Shown: in pieces, positions 1 to 8,497 of the stretch | Numbering within the stretch: the stretch's first letter is position 1 | How the letters are laid out: each line of letters begins with the position of its first letter | NCBI GenBank assembly: GCA_043228905.1 | Contig: JBHGNT010000883.1 | Location: 1 to 14,280 of the forward strand | Origin: Azolla caroliniana | Taxonomy: Eukaryota > Plantae > Polypodiophyta | DNA: 14,280 bases | Reading direction: 5' to 3' | Notes under the pieces: model-generated | What the model was told of the DNA's origin: nothing | Databases searched by the model: none | What the model saw: the letters and a program-made list of their open reading frames with translations, nothing else | Made by a program: the position numbers and the translations under genes

Positions 1-823
1 ACGAAGATCAAGGAAATCTGCGATGACTTACGGTCCATCAATGTGATGATGGATGAAGAAGAAATGGTGCAGATGAGCCTAGGTGTTGTAACACGGAGGT
101 ATGTGCCAATCGAAATGGTGATCTGCACAAGAGAGAAGTTGTTGTCCTTCTTTGACTTACAATCGATGCTCCGAGTCAAAGAGAACCACGTAGGTGCATC
201 GAGGAGTATGCATGTTGATGGCTAGACATTGTATATTGAGGCTGATCAACCCCGTGGTCATGGGGGATGAGGTGGATCGACACGATAAATGGTGGACGAA
301 ATGAGTAGAGGCAGAATAGGAGACAAGAAAGTAGTCAAGGAACCTCCACGAGCAGGGGGAATCAAGCTGGTGCCAAAAGCTAGAAAGGTAAGTCGATGAA
401 CTGCTGGTATTGTGGCAAAAAAGGCCACAGGGAAAGAGAGTGTTGAAAGAAGAAGGTTGATTTGGATAGAACTGAATTAGGTCGAGCCCAGTAAGGAAAT
501 CAACACAGATCACACTACGTGGAAAATCCAGGGCGTGCCAAAAACGACCTTGTGTTCGTGATGAAGCATAAGGACAACTTGATGAAGGCAAGCACCTCGA
601 AACTGAAGGAGGTGTGGTATGTCAACTTCAAAGCTTCTAATCATATGACAAACCATGAGGAATGGTTCTTGAGTCTTGAGAAACCAAAGCAACCGGGATA
701 TGTCGAAACCAGTGACAACTCTATTCACCCCATCGAGCTAATTGGAAATGTCCCTCTAAGACCTGTTGGCAAGAGAGGATGTACTAGGAATATTCTGCAT
801 GTGTTGACAATCACCAAGAATTT
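1..823 (+). pseudogene. gag-pol: Copia gag C-terminal part, zinc knuckle and aspartic protease (degenerate)
   Basis: Frame 1 reads TKIKEICDDLRSINVMMDEEEMVQ…FFDLQSML (UBN2-type gag). CWYCGKKGHREREC knuckle at 402-443. WYVNFKASNHMT is a decayed copia PR motif (W-x-x-DSGAS-x-HMT), followed by NILHVLTITKN. Confidence 0.88.
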
Positions 824-1112
824 TGTTCGCATAAAAGGCCAACTCCTTCCAATTTCTATTCCAAGTGTGAACACATCCTTGAGCTACGGCTTGAGTATAT
901 AAGCTCAACCCTAACATTGTAGCCAAGAGCTTCTTGTATCTTGAGTCTCTGAGAGTGTAAGAGTTACATAATAATGAGAGCTTCCATTAGAGCTTCGAAT
1001 TGTATCTATGTTCCCATCTATTTCTTCTGGCATATTCTCTATGTTTTTTCCTGTGCATATAATCTACAGGTCCTCACATACTTCCACATACATATCGAAC
1101 ATATAACCTTCA
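824..1112 (+). mobile_element. Solo LTR (289 bp) inserted in copia pol
   Basis: Starts TG (824), ends CA (1112), flanked by a perfect 5-bp TSD AATTT (819-823 and 1113-1117). TATATAA at 896-902. Removing it restores in-frame …TITK-NLMSIGQIVD (copia NL-x-S motif). Confidence 0.9.
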
Positions 1113-1743
1113 AATTTAATGTCAATCGGACAGATTGTCGACTAGGCATGTAGGTACAGTTCAATCATCACACGTGGGTGCAGAGAAGGGAGGATGTTTA
1201 TCCTCCATATCAATGATGTTGGCGCCATGATGTATGTGAAAGGATAGAAGGTCAAATTGGATATCAACTTTTGGCACAAGCAGATCTACCACATCAACTT
1301 CCCAAGGCTTCAAGACATGCAGAACAAGCAGACAGTTTTCTGCTTGTCAAAATTTAGTGGTTGGAAGGGCCAAGTTTGTGAAGCATGCCAACTTGGGAAG
1401 CAACACTAACTTCCTTTCCCCAACGAATGAAATTGGAGGCGAAATAACCTCGATCTCATCCATTCAAATGTATGGGAATCGACACAAAACGTGAGCATTG
1501 GCGGGAGCCGATATTTTGTCTCCTTCATCGATGACTTCACACAACACACATGGGTGTTTCTCATAGAAAAGAACAACAAAGTCTTCTTGTGTTTCCTGAA
1601 GCTGAAGAGCCTAATTGAAAGGCAGACAGAGAGGAAAATCAAGTGCCTAAGGTCCGATGGCGGAAAAGAATACTTTTTCGGCCAGTTCACAGGCTATCCG
1701 AAGATGGAAGGAATTTAGAGAGAATTCTCCTGTAGATACATGT
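1113..1743 (+). pseudogene. pol: Copia GAG-pre-integrase and integrase core (N-terminal half)
   Basis: WHKQIYHINF, CEACQLGKQH zinc finger, LIHSNVW, SIGGSRYFVSFIDDFT, KIKCLRSDGGKEY (ORF 1491-1718). Internal stops; the catalytic E region is missing. Confidence 0.92.
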
Positions 1744-1847
1744 TGTCACGGGTATCCGTTCGTAGTGTCAGATTGGGTAGGACCACACGGGTCTTGAACT
1801 AGGGAGTTGAAGGGTGAAGGTCTTGTGCTTTATGAGCTTTAGCCCGT

Positions 1848-2030
1848 CAGCTTCCACTAGATCGGCCTTCTGTCCAATTCGACTTTCGATCGAATCAACT
1901 TGCGGTCAGATAGGAACCTTCTATCTGAATTGGCCTCCGGCCAGAGTGGCTTTTAGTCAAATCTGAAGCTTCCGCATGGATCAGCTTTCGCCCGAATTAG
2001 CCTTCAGTCAAGATCACGTTCCGGACAGAT
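1848..2030. repeat. Degenerate ~16-20 bp tandem repeat, about 11 units
   Basis: Units such as cggccttctgtccaatt / cgactttcgatcgaat / cagctttcgcccgaatt / agccttcagtcaagat, loosely C(A/G)GCYTTC-N4-5-GAT. Aligned by eye only. Confidence 0.55.
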
Positions 2031-2066
2031 TTGATCGACAAAGATAGGGTTTCCGACTAACGAACA

Positions 2067-2077
2067 CTCTGATATCA
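2067..2077 (-). promoter_or_regulatory. Degenerate tRNA-iMet primer binding site
   Basis: Minus strand TGATATCAGAG is one G>A change from TGGTATCAGAG and lies 3 nt after a …TGTCA LTR-like end at 2081. Confidence 0.6.
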
Positions 2078-2080
2078 ACA

Positions 2081-2676
2081 TGACAATTAGCTGTGATTAA
2101 GGACTCAACTCAAATAGGTCAAAATCTTGAGAGGAATATACACAAAATATATATATTACAAATGCCTTTAATACAAATTGACTTACATGCCACAAATCCG
2201 GTGGCTTTTACAAATAAATCAACCTTTTACAACAAGTTAAGAAATGGGAACCAGCAAATGTGAGTCAAGTGGGCCATGGGGACGACAACATCCATCGTTG
2301 GTCATGCCCCGAAGACAGTGGAGTGTTCACATGCGACTTCACCTTCCCTTCTCGAACCGGCCGCCACACGAAACACTCTCCATAAAGTAGAGGCGACCAA
2401 ACCACCGAGTGCTGCCATTGCAATGTCAAAGACCTGCCGTTGTAGAAAATGCCCAAACCAAATTCCTAACTCTCACACGAAGAAGAAGAGAGTGGAAGAA
2501 CAAAACCCTAAACTCCCACGAAAAAAACCAAAACCCTAAGAGGAGGAAGCACTAACAAATAGGGAGAGGAAGAAGAAAAGACTCAAACCTAATGGTACAA
2601 CCTCCTAACACCAAAATGGGTGACCTCCCAATCCCTAAAGAAAGAGAAGAAAGAGAAACCGATTTAGTTCTCTACA
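2081..2676 (-). mobile_element. Putative LTR of a further retroelement, ~600 bp
   Basis: Minus strand runs TGTAGAG…TGTCA and is followed by the PBS-like site. Non-coding, with pyrimidine-rich tracts and an AT-rich TTGTAATATATAT segment. The 5' boundary is uncertain (2676, or TGATGAG at 2693); no TSD found. Confidence 0.5.
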
Positions 2677-2698
2677 CTTCGACTTTCTCATCAATTGT

Positions 2699-2718
2699 CC
2701 CCTCCACTCTCCCCCCTC
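2699..2718 (-). promoter_or_regulatory. Polypurine-tract-like sequence at the end of copia pol
   Basis: Minus strand GAGGGGGGAGAGTGGAGGGG directly after RNaseH (…LPNLRG). No copy of the 6205-6645 LTR follows it. Confidence 0.55.
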
Positions 2719-2719
2719 A

Positions 2720-4230
2720 AGTTCGGCAAGTGGAGATGTTATAGATGAAGCACACTTGAGAATTGTCAGAACTTGTCAAGTCTGAGAGGTTTGATGAAGA
2801 CGTCGGCGATCTACCGATACGTTAGAACATACACTAGTTCCAGTTCCCAAGAGAGAACTCGCTTGCGCATGAAATGACAATGCACTTCCATGTGCTTCGT
2901 CTGCGCGTGGAAGACATCTTTCTTCGCTAATTGGATATTGTTGAGGTTTTCACATTAGATCGTAGTCAGATCGGCAACCTCCACTCGTAGATCCTTTAGT
3001 AACCACTTGAGCCATATGGCTTCGCACGTTGCGACGGTCACTCCTCTGTACTCGGTCTCGATGCCCAATAGTGCTACCCTTGGCAGCATCTTGCTGCATC
3101 AAGCAAATGTTTCACTCCCCAAGGAGAAAGCATATCCTGATATTGATCAGTGATCGCCTACGCTTATGGCCCAATCAACGTCTATGTATCCCACGATCCT
3201 TTGTGCCACTCACATAACACAATATCTTATGCGCACAGTAAAGGTGATCGGTCATCGGCTGCGACATGAATTGAGTGATCAAGCTAACCGGATAGCTCTG
3301 GTCCAGCCAGGGGATGGCCAAGTAAATCAAGCTTCCGATTATTTTCCAGAACTGTGTCATGTTCCAAGCTAGACTTGATCGATGGCAAAGTTTGACATTC
3401 CTATCAAGAGGAGTCAAGACGGATTTACAATCCTTCATGTCGAACTTGAAGGGCATATTGAACACATAATGTCGTTGGCTAATCAATATGGCTTCTCGGG
3501 TGCGGATCACTTTGATCCCGAGGAGGTAGTGAAGGTATCCCAAGTCCTTCACGTCAAATAATGCCGTCAACTGAGACTTGACACGGACGATTTCCTCTAG
3601 GTTGGCGGTCGCGATGACCAAGTCATCCACATATAGCAAAATACTAACCGGTCCGTTTTGACCTTGCTAGATGAACCATCAAGAGTCCGGCTTTCATGGA
3701 GGACACCTCATCTTACGCAAGCATTGCGTAATGGTGGTGTTCCATGCTGAGGGGCTTGCTTCCTCAAGTGATAGACTACCGATTTGTTCAACTCGGTTTC
3801 AAATCTGGGAGGTTGCACCATGTACCCTTATTCCTCAAAGTCGCCTTGCAGGAACACATTCTTCATGTCCATCTAGTGCAGATGTCATCTGTTTGCCTCA
3901 ATTATGGCTAGCAACACTCAGAAGGTCGTTATCTTAGCGACCGAAACAAATGTTTCGTCCTAATTGATTCTGTGTTGCTACGCATAACCCTTGGCCACCA
4001 GTTAGGCCTAGGCTTATACCTGTTGACGGAGTCATCCACATTGTACTTTACCTTGTACACCCATTTGTATCCAATTGGCTTCACTCCTTTGGGGAGTTCA
4101 ACCAGGTCCCAACTCATGCATCTCTTCCTCCATGGTCGTTTTGCAATTGGTGTCCCATGTAGCTCTCCAGCTTGCGTATCTTTGCCACTTTCATCATGTG
4201 TGCATAATGATACGCCATGTACTCATTAAA
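2720..4230 (-). pseudogene. pol: Copia reverse transcriptase (RVT_2) and RNase H, degenerate
   Basis: WDLVELPKGVKPIGYKWVYKVK, MDMKNVFLQG, LYVDDLVI (ORF 3175-3639), FDVKDLG, IIGSLIYL, CEAIWL, TKHMEVHCHF, IADVFIKPL. Many stops and frameshifts. Confidence 0.93.
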
Positions 4231-4529
4231 TTATATCCATACTAGATAATTGTGTTCTTGAGGAGGGTTGATCGTTGTAACCTTTTGTTGGTGGTCTTCA
4301 AGGCCCTTTTAGCCAAATCTGTCCTTAACTCCTGAGGACCTCCATCACTCACAACCCCATCGGATTCACTTTGATCCGACGTGCATGCTTTTGCCATCTT
4401 TTCCTTTCCCTTCTCCTTGCATTTTAGCCGTCTCTTCAGTTTTGTACGTGGGGATTGGACGACGGAGTCCTCGTCGCTCACCGAAATGTCCAATAGCTGG
4501 CCGTTCCGGCTTAGCTCCTCATTCGGCCT

Positions 4530-5205
4530 CATCTGTTCTACTGAGTTTGAAATCAAGGAGGTTGCACCATGTATACCTCTTCCTCGAGCTCGCCTTGCAA
4601 GAAGGCATTCTTTACATCCACCTAATGTAAATGCCACCCCTTTGACAAGTACTATTATGATGAGTAACACACAAACTATCACCATCTTTGTGACCGCCAT
4701 GAAGGTCTCATCGTAATCGATGGCATGCGTCTATGCGTAGCCCTTGGCCACCAATCGGGCCTTGTACCTATTGATTGAGCAGTCACCATTGTGTTTTACC
4801 TTATATACCCACCTGCATCCGATCGACTTCACTCCATTGGGAGAATCAAGAAGGTCCCATGTCTCATTTTCGGCCAATTTGTGCATCTCTTCCTCAATAG
4901 ACGATTTCTAATTGGCATCCTCTACCGCCTCCGAGTAGCTCTCTAGCTTGAGTATCTCCGCCACTTTCGTCATGTATGCACCATGTACTCGTTCTACCCA
5001 TAATAGATTGTAGGATTTTGGTGGCGAGTTGATTAGCGCAACCTCTCGTTGGCCATCTTCAAGGCCCTCTTGGCTGGTTCCGACCTCAACTCTGAAGGTC
5101 CCCCTGATCACTTGTGGCCCCATCGGATTCACGCCGATCCAACATGCCCCCTTCAGTGCCGTATTCCGACATCTTCTTCCTCCCCTTCTCTCTACGGGTA
5201 AATTG
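4530..5205 (-). pseudogene. pol: Second, truncated copy of the INT-RT linker and RT N-terminus
   Basis: YMTKVAEI…ENETWDLLDSPNGVKSIGCRWVYKVK…RYKARLVAKGYA…DYDETF…DVKNAFLQGELEEEVYMVQPP, after which the sequence returns to linker at ~4530. Confidence 0.88.
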
Positions 5206-6096
5206 TGGCATTTTGGCATCCCGGATGTAGTTCAATAGTTGGTCGCTCACACACAATGCAAAGTAGTAAAGAACTCTGCTTGATCTGTGTTCCCAGGCCG
5301 GGAAATCTCTGTGTCAATTCTAGTGTTGCATCGTTAGCTCCTTCAACGTAACTCCAGTATCCATAACCAAGCAGGTACTAGTGCATATTGTACGACCAAG
5401 ATGTTGTTAGGTTTCTTTGTCCCTCCTAAATGGGAGAAGTCGATTGTTGACTCAGAAAATCAGCCGTCAAAATTGGGGCCGATTGTAGCATCGATGAGAA
5501 GGTCTACTAGTCAGACTAACTAGACAATTGACACAGGAGTCGGCGAGTCGAATCAACTAGATTGTTGACTTGTGGGTCAGACAATCGAGTCGATTAGTCG
5601 ATCGACTAATTATTACTATTATTATATTATAATAATAACTTGCTTACGACTATAAATATGAAAAGCTAGGGCAAAACTTAGTGTGTAACTGTGTCTTGCG
5701 TGTGAGAGTGAGGTTGTTGTAGAAGTGTGTGGAATAGAGTGTAGAGCAGGATGAGTGCAATAGAGAATAGGAAGAGATGAGACAGAGCGTGAGAGTGAGA
5801 GTGAATGACACTCTTGTAAAACCCTAATTGATGAATACTCTATTTAGTAGAGACTTGTAGCCTGTTCCTCTCGTATCTCTATTGTATATTGCAGATCTGT
5901 TACCTGTGGTTTTCCCCTTGTTTTAGGGTTTCCACGTAAATATTGTGTATTGTGCTTTTTCTTTCTATTTCTCTGTTCTCTTGTTTTCTGTTCTGTATAA
6001 CATTCGAGTCTATCTTTCTTGTCTATATACGGTCCATATCCCATTAGATGCGTAGTTGCTCCTATCGAGCTTTCCTATCGGAAGTGAGCTTCCCAT
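5206..6096 (-). pseudogene. gag: Copia gag N-terminus, interrupted by a solo LTR and truncated
   Basis: With 5405-6046 and one TSD copy removed it reads MGSSLPIGKLDRSNYASWSYNMH*YLLGYGYWSYVEGANDA…, the copia gag L-x-x-x-NY-x-x-W motif. It ends at …DAKMP (5206). Confidence 0.87.
5405..6046 (+). mobile_element. Solo LTR (642 bp), copia-like, inserted antisense in gag
   Basis: Starts TGTTAG and ends …CCCATTA (CA>TA inferred). TSD GATGT (5400-5404) / GATGC (6047-6051). TATAAATA near 5651, a GA/GT-rich stretch, and the GGGTTTCCACGTAAAT motif common in plant copia LTRs. Excision restores the gag frame. Confidence 0.85.
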
Positions 6097-6192
6097 ACCT
6101 CTTTGTCCATGTTCCTGTTGTTCCAGGGAAAAGACTGTCTTTGTGTCGTCTTTTCACTTTTCGGTCGGTTGCAAAGGATTCTCAACCCTCAT

Positions 6193-6204
6193 GCTCTGAT
6201 ACCA
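6193..6204 (-). promoter_or_regulatory. tRNA-iMet primer binding site
   Basis: Minus strand TGGTATCAGAGC directly after the LTR end …TTACA (6205). Confidence 0.93.
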
Positions 6205-6645
6205 TGTAAAAGAATACGTGTGAAAGCGTATACCGAAGACATAGAGTACACAATTGGTTATCCAAAAGTATAATAGTTAGGTAAACACAGAGAATGTAGA
6301 TACATAGTATGAGAGAGAGAGAGAGTAGACAACAATACTTTATTCAAAATAATCAAAACTCTATACCTACAATATGCTCAATGAGCAATCTTTATAGAAA
6401 CCCTAACGAATGGGCTAGTTGACACAAGTACTTGAATGCTCATTAACTGAGCTTGACGCTAACAACCTATAATATTCCTATTAAAATAGGAATATAGGCC
6501 CCTTACGGCCTGTCAGATTGCATCCAACTTGGCCTAGACGATCGATCGGTCTTCATCCGATCCGGCTCTTGACTTCCTCAACCGATCCGGGCCTGGCCGA
6601 TCGGTCTTCATCCGATCCGGCCCATGTTGAGCTTGCTTCTCAACA
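6205..6645 (-). repeat. 5' LTR of the minus-strand copia element (441 bp)
   Basis: Minus strand TGTTGAG…TTACA, abutting the PBS. Contains a (CT)n tract at ~6311-6325 and a 24-bp direct repeat (6543-6566 and 6598-6621). The outer boundary is inferred from the TGTTG terminus. Confidence 0.78.
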
Positions 6646-7016
6646 GACATGCATTAGGCTAATCAAGAGGGATGATGCTAAATACTTGGTGAATGCTTAC
6701 CTCCCAATCCCTTTTTAATGGCACTAGATAGACCAAGCATTAGTAGGTGGAAGTTTAAAGGAACGGACTTTACTTTTGGGAGGCACAACTAGAGCCACCC
6801 AATTGTGAAGGGAAGGAAGGAACGTATATGTATATGTATGTGCATAGATTGTCATATTCGCATTCATGGGGCTTACCAAATGAATGCATACGAATACGCA
6901 TAAGAATGCATGAAAAAATAGTCTTTAAAAAAAGAAAAAAAAAGAGTTCATACTTTTTAGTTTATTAGGTATATGATATAACAAAGAGACTTTCATATTA
7001 AAAAGGGGATATTTAA

Positions 7017-7754
7017 CTTCACATTAATAAGGAGACTTACACTAAATAATATTTTGATATAATACATGGAAAACTTAAAAGTACTTTTTTAATTTTAATA
7101 AATAATAAATAAAAGGTTCATTAATTCCCCACTTTTAACTCTCTCGCAAAATTTGATATTTTAATGTCATTAAAAGGGCATCTCACACTAATAATATTTT
7201 TATAATAAATATAAAACTTAAATGTATTTGTTTCATTTTTTAATAAAACCTAAAATAAATAAAAATATGTGAATAGATAAAATAAATAAAAGGTTCCCAT
7301 CAAATTTTATAGTTTTATCTCACATCAAATAGGGGATGTCAGGCTAGTAATATTATTATAATAGATATAAAACTTAAAGGTATTTGTTTTATATTTTTAA
7401 TAAAACAAAAAATAAATAAAAATATGTAAATAAATAAAAGGTTCCTATCAAATTTCATATTTTTATCTCACATTAAAAAGGGGACCTCACACTAATAATA
7501 TTTTTATAATAGATATAAAACTTAAATGAATTTGTTTTATTTTTTAATAAAATAATAAATAAAGGTTCCCATCAAATGTCATATTTTTATCTCACATTAA
7601 AAAGGGGACCTCAGACTAATAATATTCTTATAATAGATATAAAACTTAAATGTATTTGTTTTATTTTTTAATAAAACAAAAAATAAATAAAAGGTTCCCA
7701 TCAAATGTCGTATTTTTATCTCACATTAAAAATGGAACCTCACACTAATAATAT
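7017..7754. repeat. AT-rich tandem array, about 5 full units plus 1 truncated, 124-153 bp each
   Basis: The core tctcacattaaaaaggggacctcacactaataatatt…ataaaacttaaatgtatttgtttt…aataaaaggttcccatcaaat recurs with starts near 7017, 7165, 7318, 7466, 7590 and 7719. The last unit is cut at 7754. Confidence 0.92.
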
Positions 7755-7933
7755 TGTAAAATGCTCAGAATGATTCACCCAATTAACCAGTGCCTCAGCT
7801 TTTGGTTTGTATCTCTGTTTATAGTATTCTATTGCATCATTTAGGTTCTTGGTTCATACTTGAACTAACCGTTTATAAATCTTGGCAGACCATAAGTTTG
7901 GTTCAAGAACTACCACGTCATACATATATGATA
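7755..7933 (-). repeat. Putative short 3' LTR
   Basis: Directly follows the PPT. Begins TATCATA (TG>TA decay inferred), ends ACA, and contains TATA-like TTTATAAAA and TATAAAC. Confidence 0.55.
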
Positions 7934-7945
7934 CCTCCCCCTTTT
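7934..7945 (-). promoter_or_regulatory. Polypurine tract
   Basis: AAAAGGGGGAGG on the minus strand, ~120 nt downstream of the integrase-tail stop. Confidence 0.65.
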
Positions 7946-8062
7946 ATGAAAGGGTGAACGATGGTGTTACATTTTTACTAGCAGCACACCTTATAATTAT
8001 GCTCAGATCGTATAATGCTTGATCATCATGTGGTTGTGGTCCGATCCGAATGTGAGGGAGCA

Positions 8063-8497
8063 TCAATTGAAGGTATGTGCTTGATTCGACTGATATGGGT
8101 GACTATTTTGGATGAATTTGTTGTCCACCGGAAATGATATGTGTCTGTGCCAATGTGTCGTGACTATGTATGGCCCAAGCCAACGATGCATCAGGGATTC
8201 GCAGAGTTCGGGATCGCAGACAGGATAATAAACTCTGACACTGTCTCCAATCTGTAGCTCCATCGGTGTATGGGATGCATCATAGTATTTCTTCTGTTGT
8301 TGTTGTGCCATACGTAAATTGTCTTGAAGCAACAGTTGATGGAGATGGAGATGAAGCCACCCTTCAGTTGCATCATTCTTTTGGGGTTGCACTTTGATGT
8401 TATGGATACCTATTACCCGGCCAGCAAAGGAGTTAAAGACCAGAATGTGAAAGGGATTGTTTATTCGGAATCTATTACAATTAAGTAGTTTATGAGA
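8063..8497 (-). pseudogene. pol: Gypsy integrase C-terminal (GPY/F) fragment
   Basis: NPFHILVF…QDNLRMAQQQQKKYYDASHTPMELQIGDSVRVY…LMHRWLGPYIV fits the gypsy INT tail pattern AQ-x3-K-x-x-YD…GD-x-V…W-x-GPY. The ORF's first codons (8498-8572) lie in the adjacent LTR and are spurious. Confidence 0.8.

Larger units (their letters stand above)
1..1743 (+). mobile_element. Decayed Ty1/copia LTR retrotransposon fragment (gag C-terminus, protease, integrase), truncated at 1743
   Basis: Domain order gag > CCHC > PR > GAG-pre-integrase > INT core is copia-type. Several stops and frameshifts; interrupted by a solo LTR at 824-1112; stops mid-integrase (…REFSCRY) where foreign sequence begins at 1744. Confidence 0.93.
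2677..6645 (-). mobile_element. Rearranged Ty1/copia LTR retrotransposon: 5' LTR, PBS, gag N-terminus, deletion, duplicated RT start, RT-RNaseH; 3' LTR absent
   Basis: LTR 6645-6205, PBS TGGTATCAGAGC, gag ATG at 6096, RVT_2 and RNaseH motifs, and CTTGAGGGGGG at the end of pol. Confidence 0.9.
7755..8497 (-). mobile_element. 3' remnant of a Ty3/gypsy element (integrase C-terminus, PPT, short 3' LTR)
   Basis: Integrase tail ORF, then AAAAGGGGGAGG (7945-7934), then a ~179-bp segment ending …TTTTACA at 7755, exactly where the tandem array breaks off. Confidence 0.7.

Noticed and set aside
1744-2085. MITE or solo LTR bounded by TGTCACG…CATGACA
   Set aside because: The inverted termini are short and imperfect, the flanks CATGT and ATTAG are not a TSD, and the right end is better explained as an LTR end plus PBS on the minus strand.
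2265-2539. ORFs 2265-2456 (-) and 2276-2539 (+) as small genes
   Set aside because: They lie in an LTR-like low-complexity segment and show no protein motif.
4242-4700. ORF with a hydrophobic N-terminus as an env-like or membrane protein
   Set aside because: It is a frameshifted RT segment fused to the INT-RT linker across the duplication junction.
5405-6002. Solo LTR ending at TAACA (6002)
   Set aside because: No TSD, and it does not restore the gag frame; the 6046 boundary does both.
6720-6800. Helitron 3' end at CTAG sites
   Set aside because: No convincing GC-rich hairpin at the expected distance upstream of either CTAG.
7017-7754. Regular repeats as a CRISPR array
   Set aside because: Whole 124-153 bp units repeat with no unique spacers, there are no cas genes, and the context is eukaryotic.
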